This document shows, piece by piece, positions 29,490 through 42,282 of a DNA stretch of 64,000 nt (the stretch's first letter is position 1; each line of letters starts with the position of its first letter). Location of the stretch: assembly GCF_009914755.1 (NCBI RefSeq), contig NC_060926.1; one strand, given 5' to 3'. The position numbers and the translations under genes are program-made. The stretch is from the human T2T-CHM13v2.0 reference genome, Homo sapiens. Under the pieces are notes generated by a model that saw only the letters and a list, made by a program, of their open reading frames with translations, had not been told where the DNA came from and did no database searches.

Positions 29490-29930
29490 AAGGAGTTCTT
29501 CATATAATCTGGATATGAGCCTCAGTTAGGTATATGTATAGTAAAGAGTTTCTCCCAGTCTGTGGCTGCCCTTTTCCCTTTATTCATGATGTCTTTTAAT
29601 ACACATAAATTTTAATTTTGATAAAGCCCCAGTCACCTCTTTACAAATTTTATGCTTATTGCTTTTTTGTGTCTTAAAATATCTTTGCCTACCTGAACAT
29701 CATGAAGACATTCTCCCATGTTCTCTTCTCAAGAACTTTACTATTAGTTTTCAGACTTAGGTTTATGATCCATCTCAAGTTAATATTAGTGTTTGGTGTG
29801 AGGTAGGTGGTCAAGATTTTTTTTCCATATGGATATCTGGTTGCTCCAGCAACATTTATTGAAAATAACTTCCTTTTTCCTATCTAACTGTTTGGCACCT
29901 TTGTCAAAAATCATTTGACTATAGGTGTAG
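29490..29930 (-). mobile_element. Old L1 fragment
   Basis: GAGTTCTTCATATAATCTGGATATGAGCC...TTCCATATGGATATCTGGTTGCTCCAGCAACATTTATTGAAAA...GGCACCTTTGTCAAAAATCA. Confidence 0.85.
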
Positions 29931-30479
29931 TCATTTTTATCCAACAAGTTTTTGGGTGGGTGGCCGCAGACATTTGGTCTGGAGCTATACTACCTGGACA
30001 AGAAGGTATCAGGGTCATGAACTTGTCCTCATAGTGCAAAGATTTCTGGTCACTTCCATTTCCCAGTCACCTTTGTGAATTACTACTTGGAAGTTTTATG
30101 ATACCACCAAGCCTTGGTTTTGCTGTCAAATACCCAAGGTGCTTGACCCCTCCCTGCCACAGTTTCCTTATCGGTAAAATGGTATAATGGCAATAACTGA
30201 TGCATGGGGCTGTTGCAAGATCAATGGGGTCACGAATGCAATGAGAACACTCGCTATTGCCTGTTTCCTCCTTACCACTGTGAGCTCCTTGAGAGCAGAG
30301 ACCATGTTTTATGAATCTGCATTTCAGTGCTTGAAAGGATACCTGGCATATGGCAGGTGTTTCTTAAATGTATGGAGAATAAACTATATTCTTTTAGATG
30401 GTGTAGATAGAACCATTTGTATGGCAGTCTGTTGTTATTTTATTCCTACCCAATCCAGGGGACTTGTCTGTCTTTATCT

Positions 30480-31110
30480 TATTTGACACACTTGACTGCT
30501 CCTTCCTGAAGCCCTTTATTCTCTTTGCTTCTAGAATACCACACATTTTTTGCTCTCCTCCTGCTGTACTGAATGTTCTTTCTTAGTCTTCTTGGTCATG
30601 CCTGTTGCCTCTGCTCTAAGGACTTTTCTGCCCAGGGATCGTCTTCCACCCCTTTTCTTCTCTATGCCACACTGTCTCTCTTGGTGATCCCTTCTTCTCT
30701 CATGGCTTTAAGTTCTATTTGCTCACAACTCCTGAATGCCTGTATCCATCCTGAGCCCACAGTCATGTACGCCATGACCTACCCCACTTAGGCTTAACAG
30801 GCATTTCACTTCAAAGTAGTCCAAAACAAAGCAGGAGATTTTTCCCACATGTGATTTTATTTCACTCTGTCTTGAGTTCTCAAGTTTTTCAAGACAAAAT
30901 CTTCCGAGTCAGTCATGGCTCTTCTCTTTATCCTCACTCCGCTTCTCTAGTTCTTTATCAGGTCCAGTTTGACTCTATCTCTAAAACCATTTCTGAATGT
31001 GTCAATTTCTTTCATTCTAACTGGCTCTACTACAAGTCCAAGTCACCATCCTCTCTTGACTGGGCTACTGCAGTGGACTCTGGCCTGGTCTCTAAGCTTT
31101 CTTTCTTGAG
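30480..31110 (+). mobile_element. L2 LINE fragment
   Basis: ATTTGACACACTTGACTGCTCCTTCCTGAA...CTCATGGCTTTAAG...GGGCTACTGCAGTGGACTC. Confidence 0.65.
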
Positions 31111-34100
31111 GGATCTGGTCATACCACTCCCTATGCAAAACCCTGTTGTAGAGCAAAGTCCAGGCTTGTTGCTTTATCCTAAAAAGCCCCATGGCAAGGG
31201 CCTCTGCCTGACTCCTTGACTTTGTGGACAAATGGGTTTATCTATGGGGAAATAAGAATGCAACATTCCTGACATCATGGAGGCCCAGCCTTCTATCTAG
31301 AGTTATATAACATCTTGGAAGGTTCCAAAGGCATTAAGTCAAGTCCAGGTTTGTCAGTTTCTCCAAAAGATGTCAATGAAAACTGCATACGTCTTGCAGC
31401 TGAATATCTAAAGTATCAATTGCCTGAAAAATACTGATGAGCAAAATCCACTGGTGGCTACAAAGGTGATTATAAAGCAGTAGTGACCTAGTCGTGGGGA
31501 GATAGCACACTGAGTTAAGGAAAGCTTGTGGGTGTTCTGGCCAGACTGACCTAGGTTCAAATCCTTGCTGTGCCCTGTCCAGGGAATGTTAGCTGCTGAA
31601 GCTCTCTGGGCTTTATCAGTAACAAGGGGTGATTTTGCCCTTTGAAGTTTGCTAGAAGATTTTCTGACAGAGTGTCCTTTTCAGCGAGTGACAGAAATGC
31701 AGTAGGTGGTCTCTTTCTCCTTTCCTAGAGATGAAAAGAAACAGGAGCTGATGAGAAGTTCTAGGCCTATTGTTCTAGAATACCCAGGCCTATTGGTGTA
31801 CTGCCCCTTCTACCCTACCTCAGCATGGTGTGGTTCATTCTGGAAAAGGCTCTGCAGAGGCACGAGATTTTCTGGCAAGAAGCAGATTGCTGCTTTAGAT
31901 GGCTGTGTCCTGGCAGGACCACCTTAATGACTTGTCTCAGCACATTTAGGGTGTCAAAAATAGCCCTTAAATCTGGTCCCCTTCATAGCTCAGAAGAACC
32001 TGGGCATAATGTAGAAATTATTCTCTAGTGAGAACAAGATCTACAGGGTGGAAAAATAGAAACCTTAAAAGTTAGGAAATAACAAGAACAGAAAAACAGT
32101 ATACCTTGTAGATTATTTTTAAATGACCAAATTGAAGACCATGGGATTTTTTTTTTTAAACAAACAAGCTAGGAGACAGTGGTTAGTTTTGACATTGATG
32201 TAGTTGTAGGGAACTCTAGTTTGTGGTCAGCCCAAGGTACTTTCCATGCACATGAATCACCACATGCACTTAACTTGAGCAGAGCTCAATTTCAGATTCT
32301 TTAAACCAAAGTGAAAAGCCCCAAGTTAGGTTAACTGGCAGGCACATACTGTAGACAGCCCAGATCTGGGAATTTTAAAAAAAGTGTGTGGAAACAAACA
32401 TATTTTGGTGGTTTTTGACATAATTATTGTCTCTTTCTCACAGTGATTTGCATAATGTTGCAGAGGTGTTGCCTGGCAAGCTCCAGTTAAAGTTGCAGAT
32501 TTTGTGTGCACCTGTTTGCAGGCTAGATAGAGAACAGTCATATGCAAGTAAAATCTTGGTACCCTCCATTGCTCGATTTACTTTTTTGAGCAGGCTTATT
32601 GCTGTATAAATAACCTACAAAAATTCCACATATTTGAAGTGTAGATATGTTTTTGCATATGTATATATCCATGAAACCATCATAACAATCAATATAGTAA
32701 ATATTTCTATCACTCCCAAAAGTTGCTTCATGTAATTTATAATTTCCCTCCCAAGCCTCTCTTCCTCACTACTAGTTTGTTTTATATCACCAAAGATTTT
32801 CATTTTCTATAGTTTTATTAAAATGGAATAAAGAGTATATGGTCTTTTTTGACTGGTTTGTTTTACTTAATATAATTATTTTTGAGATTTATGCATGTTG
32901 TGATTATCCATTACTATTATTTTCTTTTTTTTCTTTTTTACTGAGTAATAGTCCATTGTATGGATATATCACAATTTGTTTATCCATTCATCTGTTGATG
33001 AACTTTTGAGTTGTCTCCAGTTTGGGGCTATTTACCAATAAATGTACCATGAACATTGGTGTACAAATCTCTGTATGGATATCTGCTTTCTTTTCTGGTA
33101 GAACTGAGAGGCTGGGACATGTGGTAGGTGCATGTTTAACTTTTCACGAAACTTTAATCTGTTTTCCAAAGTGGTAGTTTGATTTTACATTACCAATAGC
33201 ATTGTATGAGAATTTCATTTCCTCCATATCCTCACCCCATATGGTCAGTCTTCTTAATTTTAGCAATTCTAAAATACATGTAGTGGTATCACATGGTGGT
33301 TTTAATTTGAACTTCCCTAATGATGCTGACATCTTCTCATGTGCTTATTACCATCCATATATCTTCTTTGGGGAAATGTCTGTTGAAATCCTTTGCCTAT
33401 TTTATTTTTAATGGGGCTATTTTCTTATTATTGAGTTTTAAGAATTCTTCATATATTCTGGATATAAGTGCATTATCAGATGTGTATTCTTGGCAAACAT
33501 TTTCTCCCAATCTGTGGCTTATTTTTTCAATCTCTTCAGAGTATCTTTCAAAGAATGAAAATTTTAAATTTTGATAAAGTCTAATTTATCAATTTATTTT
33601 TTATGGACTGTGTGTTTGGTGTCATACCTAAAAACTCTGCCTAACCCAAGGTCATGAAGATTTTCTTTTATGTTTTCTTCTAAAGGTTTATAGTTTTAGA
33701 TTTTACATTGAGATCTGCAATCCATTTGAATCACTTCTTTTTATATGATGCACGTTTGCATCCAAGTTCATTGTTTTTGTCTGTTTCTGCATACAGGAAT
33801 CTAACTCTTCCAGTACTGTTTGTTGAAAAGGCTATCCTTTCTTCATTGAATTGCTTTTGCAATATTGTCCAAAATCAGTTGTCCATATTTTTGAGTGTGT
33901 CTATTTCTGGACTTTCTATTTGGTTCATTGATCTTTTCCTCTATCTTGCTGCTAGTACTAGAATATTTTGATCACTTGTAGCTTTATAATAAATCTTGAA
34001 AGCAGATAGTTTTAGAACTTCATCTTTTCTCTTTTTTAAAGTTATATTGGCTCTTTTGGTTTTGTTCGCACTTCCATATGAATTTCAAATCTGCTTTTCA

Positions 34101-34302
34101 ATTTCTACAAAAAGCCTGCTAGAAATTTGATTAGCACTGCATTGGGAAGAGTTCTCATTTTAGCAATACTGAGACTTCTGACCTTTAAACAAAGTATATC
34201 TCTCCGATTATTTAGGTCTTCTTTAATTTATTTCAGCAATGTTTTGTAGTTTTTAGTGTACAGGTCTTACACTTATTTTGTCAGATTTACCCATAAGTAT
34301 TT

Positions 34303-34600
34303 CTTTCTTTTTTTTTGAGACAGAGTCTCAGTTTGTTCCCCAGGCTGGAGTACAGTGGTTCAATCTCAGCTCCCTGCAACCTCTGCATCCCAGGTTCAAG
34401 TGATTGTTGTGTCTCAGCCTCCCAAGTAGCTGGGATTATAGGTACAGGCCACCATGCCCAGCTAATTTTTTGTATTTTTAGTAGAGACAAGGTTTTGCCC
34501 TGTTGCTCAGGATGGTCTTGAACTCCTGGCCTCAAAGGTATCCACCCGCCTCAGCCTTCCAAAGCAATGGGAGTACAGGCAAGAGCCATAACGCCTGGCC
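34303..34600 (-). mobile_element. Alu SINE (old, AluJ/S-type)
   Basis: Poly-T plus Alu body ending CGCCTGGCC. TSD AGTATTTC. Confidence 0.95.
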
Positions 34601-34717
34601 AGTATTTCATATTTTTGATGCCATTCTAAGCAATTGAATTTTAACATCTGACAGTTCACTACTAGTACATAGAAATACAGTGATATTTTACATTTTTTCT
34701 GTGTTCTGACATGTTGC

Positions 34718-35081
34718 TGATGTGGTTTGGCTCTGTGTCCCCACCCAAATCTCATCTTGTAGCTCCCATAATTCCCATGTGGTATGGGAGGGGCCTTGTG
34801 GGAGACAATTGAATCATGGGGGTGGGTCTTTCCCATGCTGTTCTCCTGACAGTGAATGGGTGTCATGAGATCTGGTGGTTTTAAAAACAGGAGTTTCCCT
34901 GCACAAGCTCTCTCTTTGCCTGTTGCCATCCACATAAGATGTGACTTGCCCCTCCTTGCCTGCCGCCATGATTGTGAGGCCTCCCCAGACATGTGGAACT
35001 ATAGGTCCAATAAACCTTTCTTTTGTAAATTGTCCAGTCTCAGGTATGTCTTTATCAGCAGCATGAAAACGAACTAACACA
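34718..35081 (+). mobile_element. THE1 (MaLR) solo LTR
   Basis: TGATGTGGTTTGGCTCTGTGTCCCCACCCAAATCTCATCTTG...AATAAA...GAACTAACACA. Perfect 5-bp TSD GTTGC (34713-34717 / 35082-35086). Confidence 0.95.
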
Positions 35082-38000
35082 GTTGCTAAACTTACTTTTA
35101 AATTCTAGTATGTAAAGTGTACATTCCTGAGGATTTTATATATACATAATTGTGCCAACTATGAATCTTTCCAGTCTATGCCATTTATTTATTTTTCTTT
35201 ATCTGTTTTGCTGGCTAATATTTCCAGCACTGTTAAATAGAGTGGTGAGAGCAGACACTTTTCCCTGATTCTTGAATTTAGAGTAAGAAAACTCCATCTT
35301 TTATCATGAAATATGATATTAGCTGTAGGTTTTTCATAGCTACCCTTCAATTGTTCAATTGGTTGAGAAAATGCTTTTCTATTCCTAGTTTTCTAATAGT
35401 TTTTAATCAGGAATGGGTGTTGGGTTTTTTTCAGATTTTTTTTCTACATCTATTTAGATGATCATATTGCTTTTATTTTGTAGTTAATAGTGATTTACAT
35501 TGATTGGGTTTTGAACATCAAAACCCAATCAATGTATTCCCGGGATAAACCCTTCTTGTTCACCATGTTTTATCCTTTTTACATATTGTTGGATTAGATT
35601 TGCTAAATTTCTTTAGAAATGTTGCATTTATGTTCATGAGAGTTAGTTATTCATCTATAGTTTTCTTTGTTTCACTTTAAAATCAGAGCAATAATAGGCT
35701 CATAAAATAATTTGGAATTATTCTCATCTCTTCAATTTTCAGAAAACGTTTGTAAGGATTGTTATTTTTCCTTCTCTTAATGTTTGGTAGAGTTCACTAG
35801 TGAAGCCATGTCAACCGGGAATTTTCTTCATGCATACATTTTAAACTAAACATTCAATTTATTCCGTAAATAGAGGATTGTCTGGGTTCTTTCTTTCTTT
35901 TTGAGTGGGCTCTGGTAGATTGTGCCTTGCCAGGAATTTATCCATTTTATCTAAGTTTTAAAATTTATAGGCATAAAAGTTTACAATACTTCCTTATTAT
36001 CCTTTTAATATCTGTAGAATCTGAGTGATCCCACCTTTATAAATCCTAATATTGATGAATTTGTGTCTTAAGTAATTTTTTAAATCAATACACCTAGAGT
36101 TTTTTAAATTTTATTGATCTATTCAAAGAACTAGCTTTTGGTTTTATTGATTTTTTCTATTTTTTTCTGTCTGCTATTTTATTGATTTTTCATTCTGATC
36201 TTTATTATTTCCCTTTTAATGCTTACTTTGGCTTAATTTGCTCTTCTTTTCTAATTTTTAAAGTGGAAGATGAGGTCATTGGCTTGAGATGTTTTCTTTT
36301 TTCTAAAGTAGAAATCCAGTGCTGTATATTTCCTTCTACATATTGCTGAAGTGGCATTCCACTATTGTTGATATATTGTGTTCTCATTTGATTATTTTTC
36401 AAGATATTTTCTAATTTTCCTTTTGATTTCTTATTTTACCCCTGGTTATTGACAAACACATTACTTTGTTTCCAAACCTTTGGGAATTTTCCAGATAGAT
36501 TTCTGCTAAAGAATTCTATTTTAATTACAGATTGCTCCGAAAACATACTTTGTTTGACTTGAATCCTTTTAAATGTATTATGCATTGTTTATGGCTCAGA
36601 ATATAGAATATATCTTGAAAAATGTTTCACGTGCCCTTGTAAACAATGTGTATTCTGCTATTTCTGCATGACGTGTTCTATAAATGCCAAGTAGGTATAT
36701 TTTATTAGTAGTGTTGTTCAAGTCATCTATATCCTTGGTGATCTTTTTCTTTACTCATTCTATCAATTATTGAGAGAGAGGTATTAAAATATCTAATTTA
36801 TATCTGTATTTGTTAATTTCTCCTTATAGTTTTATTGATTTCTGTTTTATGTACTTTGGAGCTCTGTTATTAGGTGCATAAACATTTAGGATTATTATGG
36901 TCTCTTGACAAGTTGATCCCTTTAACATTTTTAAATGTTCTTCTTTATGCTTGATAATATTCTTTGCTTGAAATCCACTTTTATATTAATATAGCCACTC
37001 TAGATTCTTTGTTAGTCTTTACATTGTATCTTTTTCCCATCCTTTTTCTTTAACATAGTTATGTCTTTACATTTAAAGTGCCTTTTTGTGTTGGTAAAAA
37101 GCACATAGTTGGATTAGCATTTTAAAAAATCTAATTTGACAAATTGCCTTTTACTGGTGTTGTTTAGGCCATTTACATTTAATGTAATTATTCATATAGT
37201 TAGGTTTAATTCCTGTCATCTCACTGTTTTTCTCAATTTATCCCATATGTTTTTGCTCTTTTTTCTGTTTTTCCCTGACTTTTTTCAAATTGATTATTTT
37301 TATGATCCAACTTTATCTCTTTTGTTGTCTTATTTGCTGTAACTCTTTGTTATTGTGTTATTTTCATATTTCTTAGGATTAACAGAACACATCTTTAACT
37401 TATTATAGCCTACCTTCAAATGATATTATACCAGTTCGCGTATAGCATAAGAAACTTACAACAGGATACTTCCATTTCTCCCCTTCTGACCTTTATATTA
37501 TTGTTGTCATTCATTTTACTTACATACATGTTAACATCACGCTACATTGTTATTACTTTTGTTTAAATAATTGATTACATTTTATGGTCATATCCACTTT
37601 TCTTTCTTTCTTCCTGAGGTCTTGAAGTCTTTTGTTATTATTTCCTTTCTGTTCTGAGCACTTGCTTTAGTCATTCCTTAAGGGCAAGTCTTCTGGTGAC
37701 ATATTCTTTTAGTATCCTGTCATCTGAAAATGACTTTACTTCCCCTTCATTTCTAAGGAATAGTTTGACTTCTCGTTTGCAATCCAGTACGTAAGGAGCT
37801 TGGAAGTTGTCACTACATCCTAACAACAAATAAAAGGCTGAACAAACTGATTAATTAACAACTCTTAGATCCATCAGAGAAGTGAGGTTTACTGCCCCTT
37901 AAATTGGAAAGACTGACAAGAAAATACTTAGAATCACAAATTACTGCAGCAGAAACCCTTGAGCAGAAACCTTTGTGGGAACCAGTATGGGGTAGAAAAA

Positions 38001-38510
38001 CCTGAACTGTAATTGATGAATTGCTGGGCATTCACAGTAAATAAGTATGAGAGTTAAACAGTCCAGGGGGACCCATTCAAAGGAGGGCCTCCCACTTTTG
38101 TGAGTTCTGGTTTCAGGAGTTCAACTAGGTTCTCACAGTGAATATCAGAAAAAAAAAAAAAAAAGATCTTGTTCTTCTGGTGAGGAGAGGGAGGAGGAAC
38201 TATTTGAAGTAAGTCAGATCATTCTCTTCTAGTCAAAAAGGCCTGGCCTCAGGAGAAACTATTTTATCAGAGCCTAAACTATTGGGATTTTATCAGAGCC
38301 TAACCAACCTGGAAGAAAGGAAATAGCATGCTCCAGCATGCCTTAGCCTTCTACATAGGGGAAGAGAAATACTCAACTTCAGTTCATTCTAGCCATCTTG
38401 TCCTGCCTAAGGGGAGTGTTGGGGGGGTCGAGAAGCTCTGTTTGAAGTTCACAGTTTAGAGACACAGGCTCACTAAAAGACTGAGATATAAAACTATAGA
38501 ACACTTTTCT

Positions 38511-40565
38511 CCTTCTTGCACTGTTACAGGATCTTTGGGGTATTGATTTTCTGGCCAGAAACCTCTGTGGCTGGTGGCATCTTTGCCTTAGTTCCTGTCT
38601 TGCCTCTAGAAGAATGAGGTATGCAAACAAGTGAAGGGTGAACAAGACAAAGAAAGCTTTACTAAGTGTTAGAACAGCTCAGAGGAAACCCTTAGTGCAT
38701 AGCTCCTCTCTGTAGGCAGATCATCTTCTCTGTAAGCAGATCTTCCCATTGAGTGCTCAGCTCTCAAGCAGAGAGGAGGCCCTGGAGAGGGTAGCTCCTC
38801 TCTGCTATTGGTCATCATCCTGACATCTGCTGCTCTCACCAGAAAGGAGGCCCTCGAGAAAGTTACTTCTCTCTGCAGCTGGTAGTCCCTATGTCTCTGC
38901 AGGTCTCTGAAGCTCTCAGAAGAGAGAGTAGTTCCTCACTGCAGCAGGCCATCTGTCCTCCATCATCTGTCCTCTGCCCTGCTCTGGCTGAGCCTGGGGC
39001 TTTTTTGGACCTTAGAGGGAAGAAGTCCCTGTTGATCAGTTCATGGAGGGCCATGGGCAGTCCAGAAAAGGCACCACAAGTCCCCACTCCATTCTGCTGG
39101 TCTGGCAGCCTGGCTCCCAGCCTTCAGGCCCTCCTTGGCCTGAAGGTGGGGTCTTACTGGCAACCCACCCACTTCCACCCAGGAGCCTGCCTGCCTTCTT
39201 GCACTGTTACAGGATCTTTGGGGTATTGATTTTCTGGCCAGAAACCTCTGTGGCTGGTGGCATCTTTGCCTTAGTTCCTGTCTTGCCTCTAGAAGAATGA
39301 GGTATGCAAACAAGTGAAGGGTGAACAAGACAAAGAAAGCTTTACTAAGTGTTAGAACAGCTCAGAGGAAACCCTTAGTGCATAGCTCCTCTCTGTAGGC
39401 AGATCATCTTCTCTGTAAGCAGATCTTCCCATTGAGTGCTCAGCTCTCAAGCAGAGAGGAGGCCCTGGAGAGGGTAGCTCCTCTCTGCTATTGGTCATCA
39501 TCCTGACATCTGCTGCTCTCACCAGAAAGGAGGCCCTCGAGAAAGTTACTTCTCTCTGCAGCTGGTAGTCCCTATGTCTCTGCAGGTCTCTGAAGCTCTC
39601 AGAAGAGAGAGTAGTTCCTCACTGCAGCAGGCCATCTGTCCTCCATCATCTGTCCTCTGCCCTGCTCTGGCTGAGCCTGGGGCTTTTTTGGACCTTAGAG
39701 GGAAGAAGTCCCTGTTGATCAGTTCATGGAGGGCCATGGGCAGTCCAGAAAAGGCACCACAAGTCCCCACTCCATTCTGCTGGTCTGGCAGCCTGGCTCC
39801 CAGCCTTCAGGCCCTCCTTGGCCTGAAGGTGGGGTCTTACTGGCAACCCACCCACTTCCACCCAGGAGCCTGCCTGCCTTCTTGCACTGTTACAGGATCT
39901 TTGGGGTATTGATTTTCTGGCCAGAAACCTCTGTGGCTGGTGGCATCTTTGCCTTAGTTCCTGTCTTGCCTCTAGAAGAATGAGGTATGCAAACAAGTGA
40001 AGGGTGAACAAGACAAAGAAAGCTTTACTAAGTGTTAGAACAGCTCAGAGGAAACCCTTAGTGCATAGCTCCTCTCTGTAGGCAGATCATCTTCTCTGTA
40101 AGCAGATCTTCCCATTGAGTGCTCAGCTCTCAAGCAGAGAGGAGGCCCTGGAGAGGGTAGCTCCTCTCTGCTATTGGTCATCATCCTGACATCTGCTGCT
40201 CTCACCAGAAAGGAGGCCCTCGAGAAAGTTACTTCTCTCTGCAGCTGGTAGTCTCTATGTCTCTGCAGGTCTCTGAAGCTCTCAGAAGAGAGAGTAGTTC
40301 CTCACTGCAGCAGGCCATCTGTCCTCTGTCATCTGTCCTCTGCCCTGCTCTGGCTGAGCCTGGGGCTTTTTTGGACCTTAGAGGGAAGAAGCCCCTGTTG
40401 ATCAGTTCATGGAGGGCCATGGGCAGTCCAGAAAAGGCACCACAAGTCCCCACTCCATTCTGCTGGTCTGGCAGCCTGGCTCCCAGCCTTCAGGCCCTCC
40501 TTGGCCTGAAGGTGGGGTCTTACTGGCAACCCACCCACTTCCACCCAGGAGCCTGCCTGCCTTCT
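38511..40565. repeat. Tandem triplication, 683-bp unit x3
   Basis: CCTTCT recurs at 38511, 39194, 39877 and 40560, with exact 683-bp spacing. The ORF track repeats with the same offset. Confidence 0.98.
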
Positions 40566-41435
40566 GCTGTCCCTGTCCCCCTGGCTGCTGGCACCAAGAG
40601 GCACCTGCAGGCCAGCACTGAGCAATCCTCAGAGCTCCCCTCTGCTTCCCCTCCTACTCTCATTGGTACCCAAATTCTGGAGGGGGCTGGGGCAGCAGGG
40701 CACTGGCTTGCCAGCACTGATCCAAGTGTGTGCAGACCATGCCAAACTGTGATAGCACCCGGCCTTGGCTCCAACCCTGCTCTGATATGGGAGCCTGTGC
40801 CCGGAGCAGTGAGAAGCCAGGCAACTGGAGAAGACACCCCTGGGCTTATGGGTACCGGGGTCGGGGGGCCTTCCCTGGCCCCTAAGGGTGTAGGTTGCAG
40901 AGACACCTAGGTCTTGTACCTGGGAAGGTGGCTGCAGCTGCACCCAGGGAGCTCCCACCCTGCCAACTCAGAAGGGGTGGGGTTCCTGCTTGTCCTTGGC
41001 TCCTGCCGGCTTGGTGGAGCAGAGGCCCAGGTCTGCACTTGTGGATCTGGTGGTTGCACCTGCACCAGGGAGGGCAGAGATCCTCCCTGCTCCTGGCACC
41101 TGCAAGAGCACAGGGAGGCTCTGATCGGCAGCCACAGCTTGAGCAGCTGCAGCCTTACTCAGGAAGGCAGGACTCCTCCCTGCTCCATGGAGCAGGAGGC
41201 CTGGGTCTGCAGCTGCAGCTGCACCCAGGAGGGCAGGGACCCTGCCTGCTCCATAAAGTGGGAGGCCTGGGTTGCCAGCTGTGGTTTGGGTGGGTGCATT
41301 GGCACCTGGGGAGCTGCTGCCCCAACTCAGAAGGGCAAGTCTCCAGCTTGTCCTGGCTTCCAGTCTCCTAGGAATGTGGAGCCCCAGCTGTGCCTCCCTG
41401 CTGCAGCTGGCATGATGGCAGCGCTGCTGCCATCA
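38522..41435 (-). mobile_element. ERV1 solo LTR, MER52-like, with its 3' part triplicated
   Basis: Termini TGTTACAGGATCTTTGGGG... and ...GCTGCCATCA. Internal CTCTCAGCAGAGAGGAGG/GTAGCTCCTCTCTG and GCAGCTGCACCCAGG subrepeats. Imperfect 4-bp TSD GCAC/ACAC. Confidence 0.85.
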
Positions 41436-42247
41436 ACACCTCACTACCACATTAGTAAAGACCAACTTTCTGCAGTTCCTTTTATCCAGTATCTCATATC
41501 TGACTATTAAAAAACAATTACAAGGCATGCTAAAAGACAAAAAAAAAATAGTTTGAAGACACAGAACAAGCATCAGAATTAAACTGATATACCTAGAATA
41601 GTCTTACTAGGTAGAGCATTCAGAATTGCCGATTTTTTTAAATCACTATTTATAAAATGCTGTGCCACTTCTTTCTGGCTTAAGTTTTACAAGTAATGTA
41701 TTGTTTCCCCTTAACCTCTCTTAAGACCTTTTTCCATCTTTAATTTCCAGAAATTTGAATATGATTTGTCTTGGTATGGATTTCTTTGGATTTATCCTAT
41801 TTGGGGTTTGTTCTACTTTATTCTTTTTGAATCAGTGGGTTTAATGTCTTTTGTCAAATTTGGGGAAATTTTAGCCATTATTTATTAGATTATTTTTTTC
41901 AGTTGAACAGTTTTTCTCCTTACTTCTAGGACCCTGATGATACAAAAGCTAGATTTTTTGTTATCATCCATAGATCTCTCAAACCATTTATTTTTTTTCT
42001 AGGCTATTTTCTCTATATTGTTTACACTGAGTAATTTCTAATTATCTGTCTTCAAGTTTGCGGATTCATTCTTTGTTGTCTCCAAACTACTTTTGAGGCT
42101 ATCTGTTGAGTATTTCAGTTATTGTATTTTTTTAGGTTTATAATTTCTAGCTCATTACTTATTCAATATCTTATATTCCTTTACATAGATTCTTTTATTT
42201 TTAATTTTGTTTCAAAAGTGTTTTTAATTGCTCATTTAATAATTTTT

Positions 42248-42282
42248 TACACTTGATCTTAGCCAAAAGGCCAAGAGGCAAT
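42248..42282 (-). pseudogene. U2 snRNA 3'-truncated retrocopy (nt 1-35)
   Basis: The reverse complement ATTGCCTCTTGGCCTTTTGGCTAAGATCAAGTGTA matches the U2 5' end ATCGCTTCTCGGCCTTTTGGCTAAGATCAAGTGTA with 3 mismatches. 13-bp TSD CATTTAATAATTT. Confidence 0.93.

Larger units (their letters stand above)
37766..41590 (+). mobile_element. Old L1 5'-end fragment (L1MD-like), sense, split by the MER52 LTR
   Basis: AAAAGGCTGAACAAACTGA...CTCTTAGATCCATCAGAGAAGTGAGG. It continues after 41436 with ATTACAAGGCATGCTAAAAGACAAAAA...ACAAGCATCAGAA. Confidence 0.65.
32575..42230 (-). mobile_element. Long ancient L1 (L1MC/MD-like), antisense; host to Alu, THE1, an L1 5' fragment and a MER52 LTR
   Basis: Continuous T-rich antisense L1 from the 3' UTR (32575) through ORF2 to 37765, resuming at ~41595 in ORF1-like sequence (GATTTCTTTGGATTTATCCTATTTGGGGTT). 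No intact ORF. Confidence 0.9.

Noticed and set aside
41413-41435. 10-bp hairpin TGATGGCAGC-GCT-GCTGCCATCA
   Set aside because: It sits at the LTR terminus and is explained by a short inverted repeat I recall from the MER52 end, with a shortened spacer.
40257-41510. 217-, 158- and 198-aa ORFs as genes
   Set aside because: They lie within the GC-rich MER52-like LTR and the few bases beyond it, where stops are scarce. I recognise no domain.
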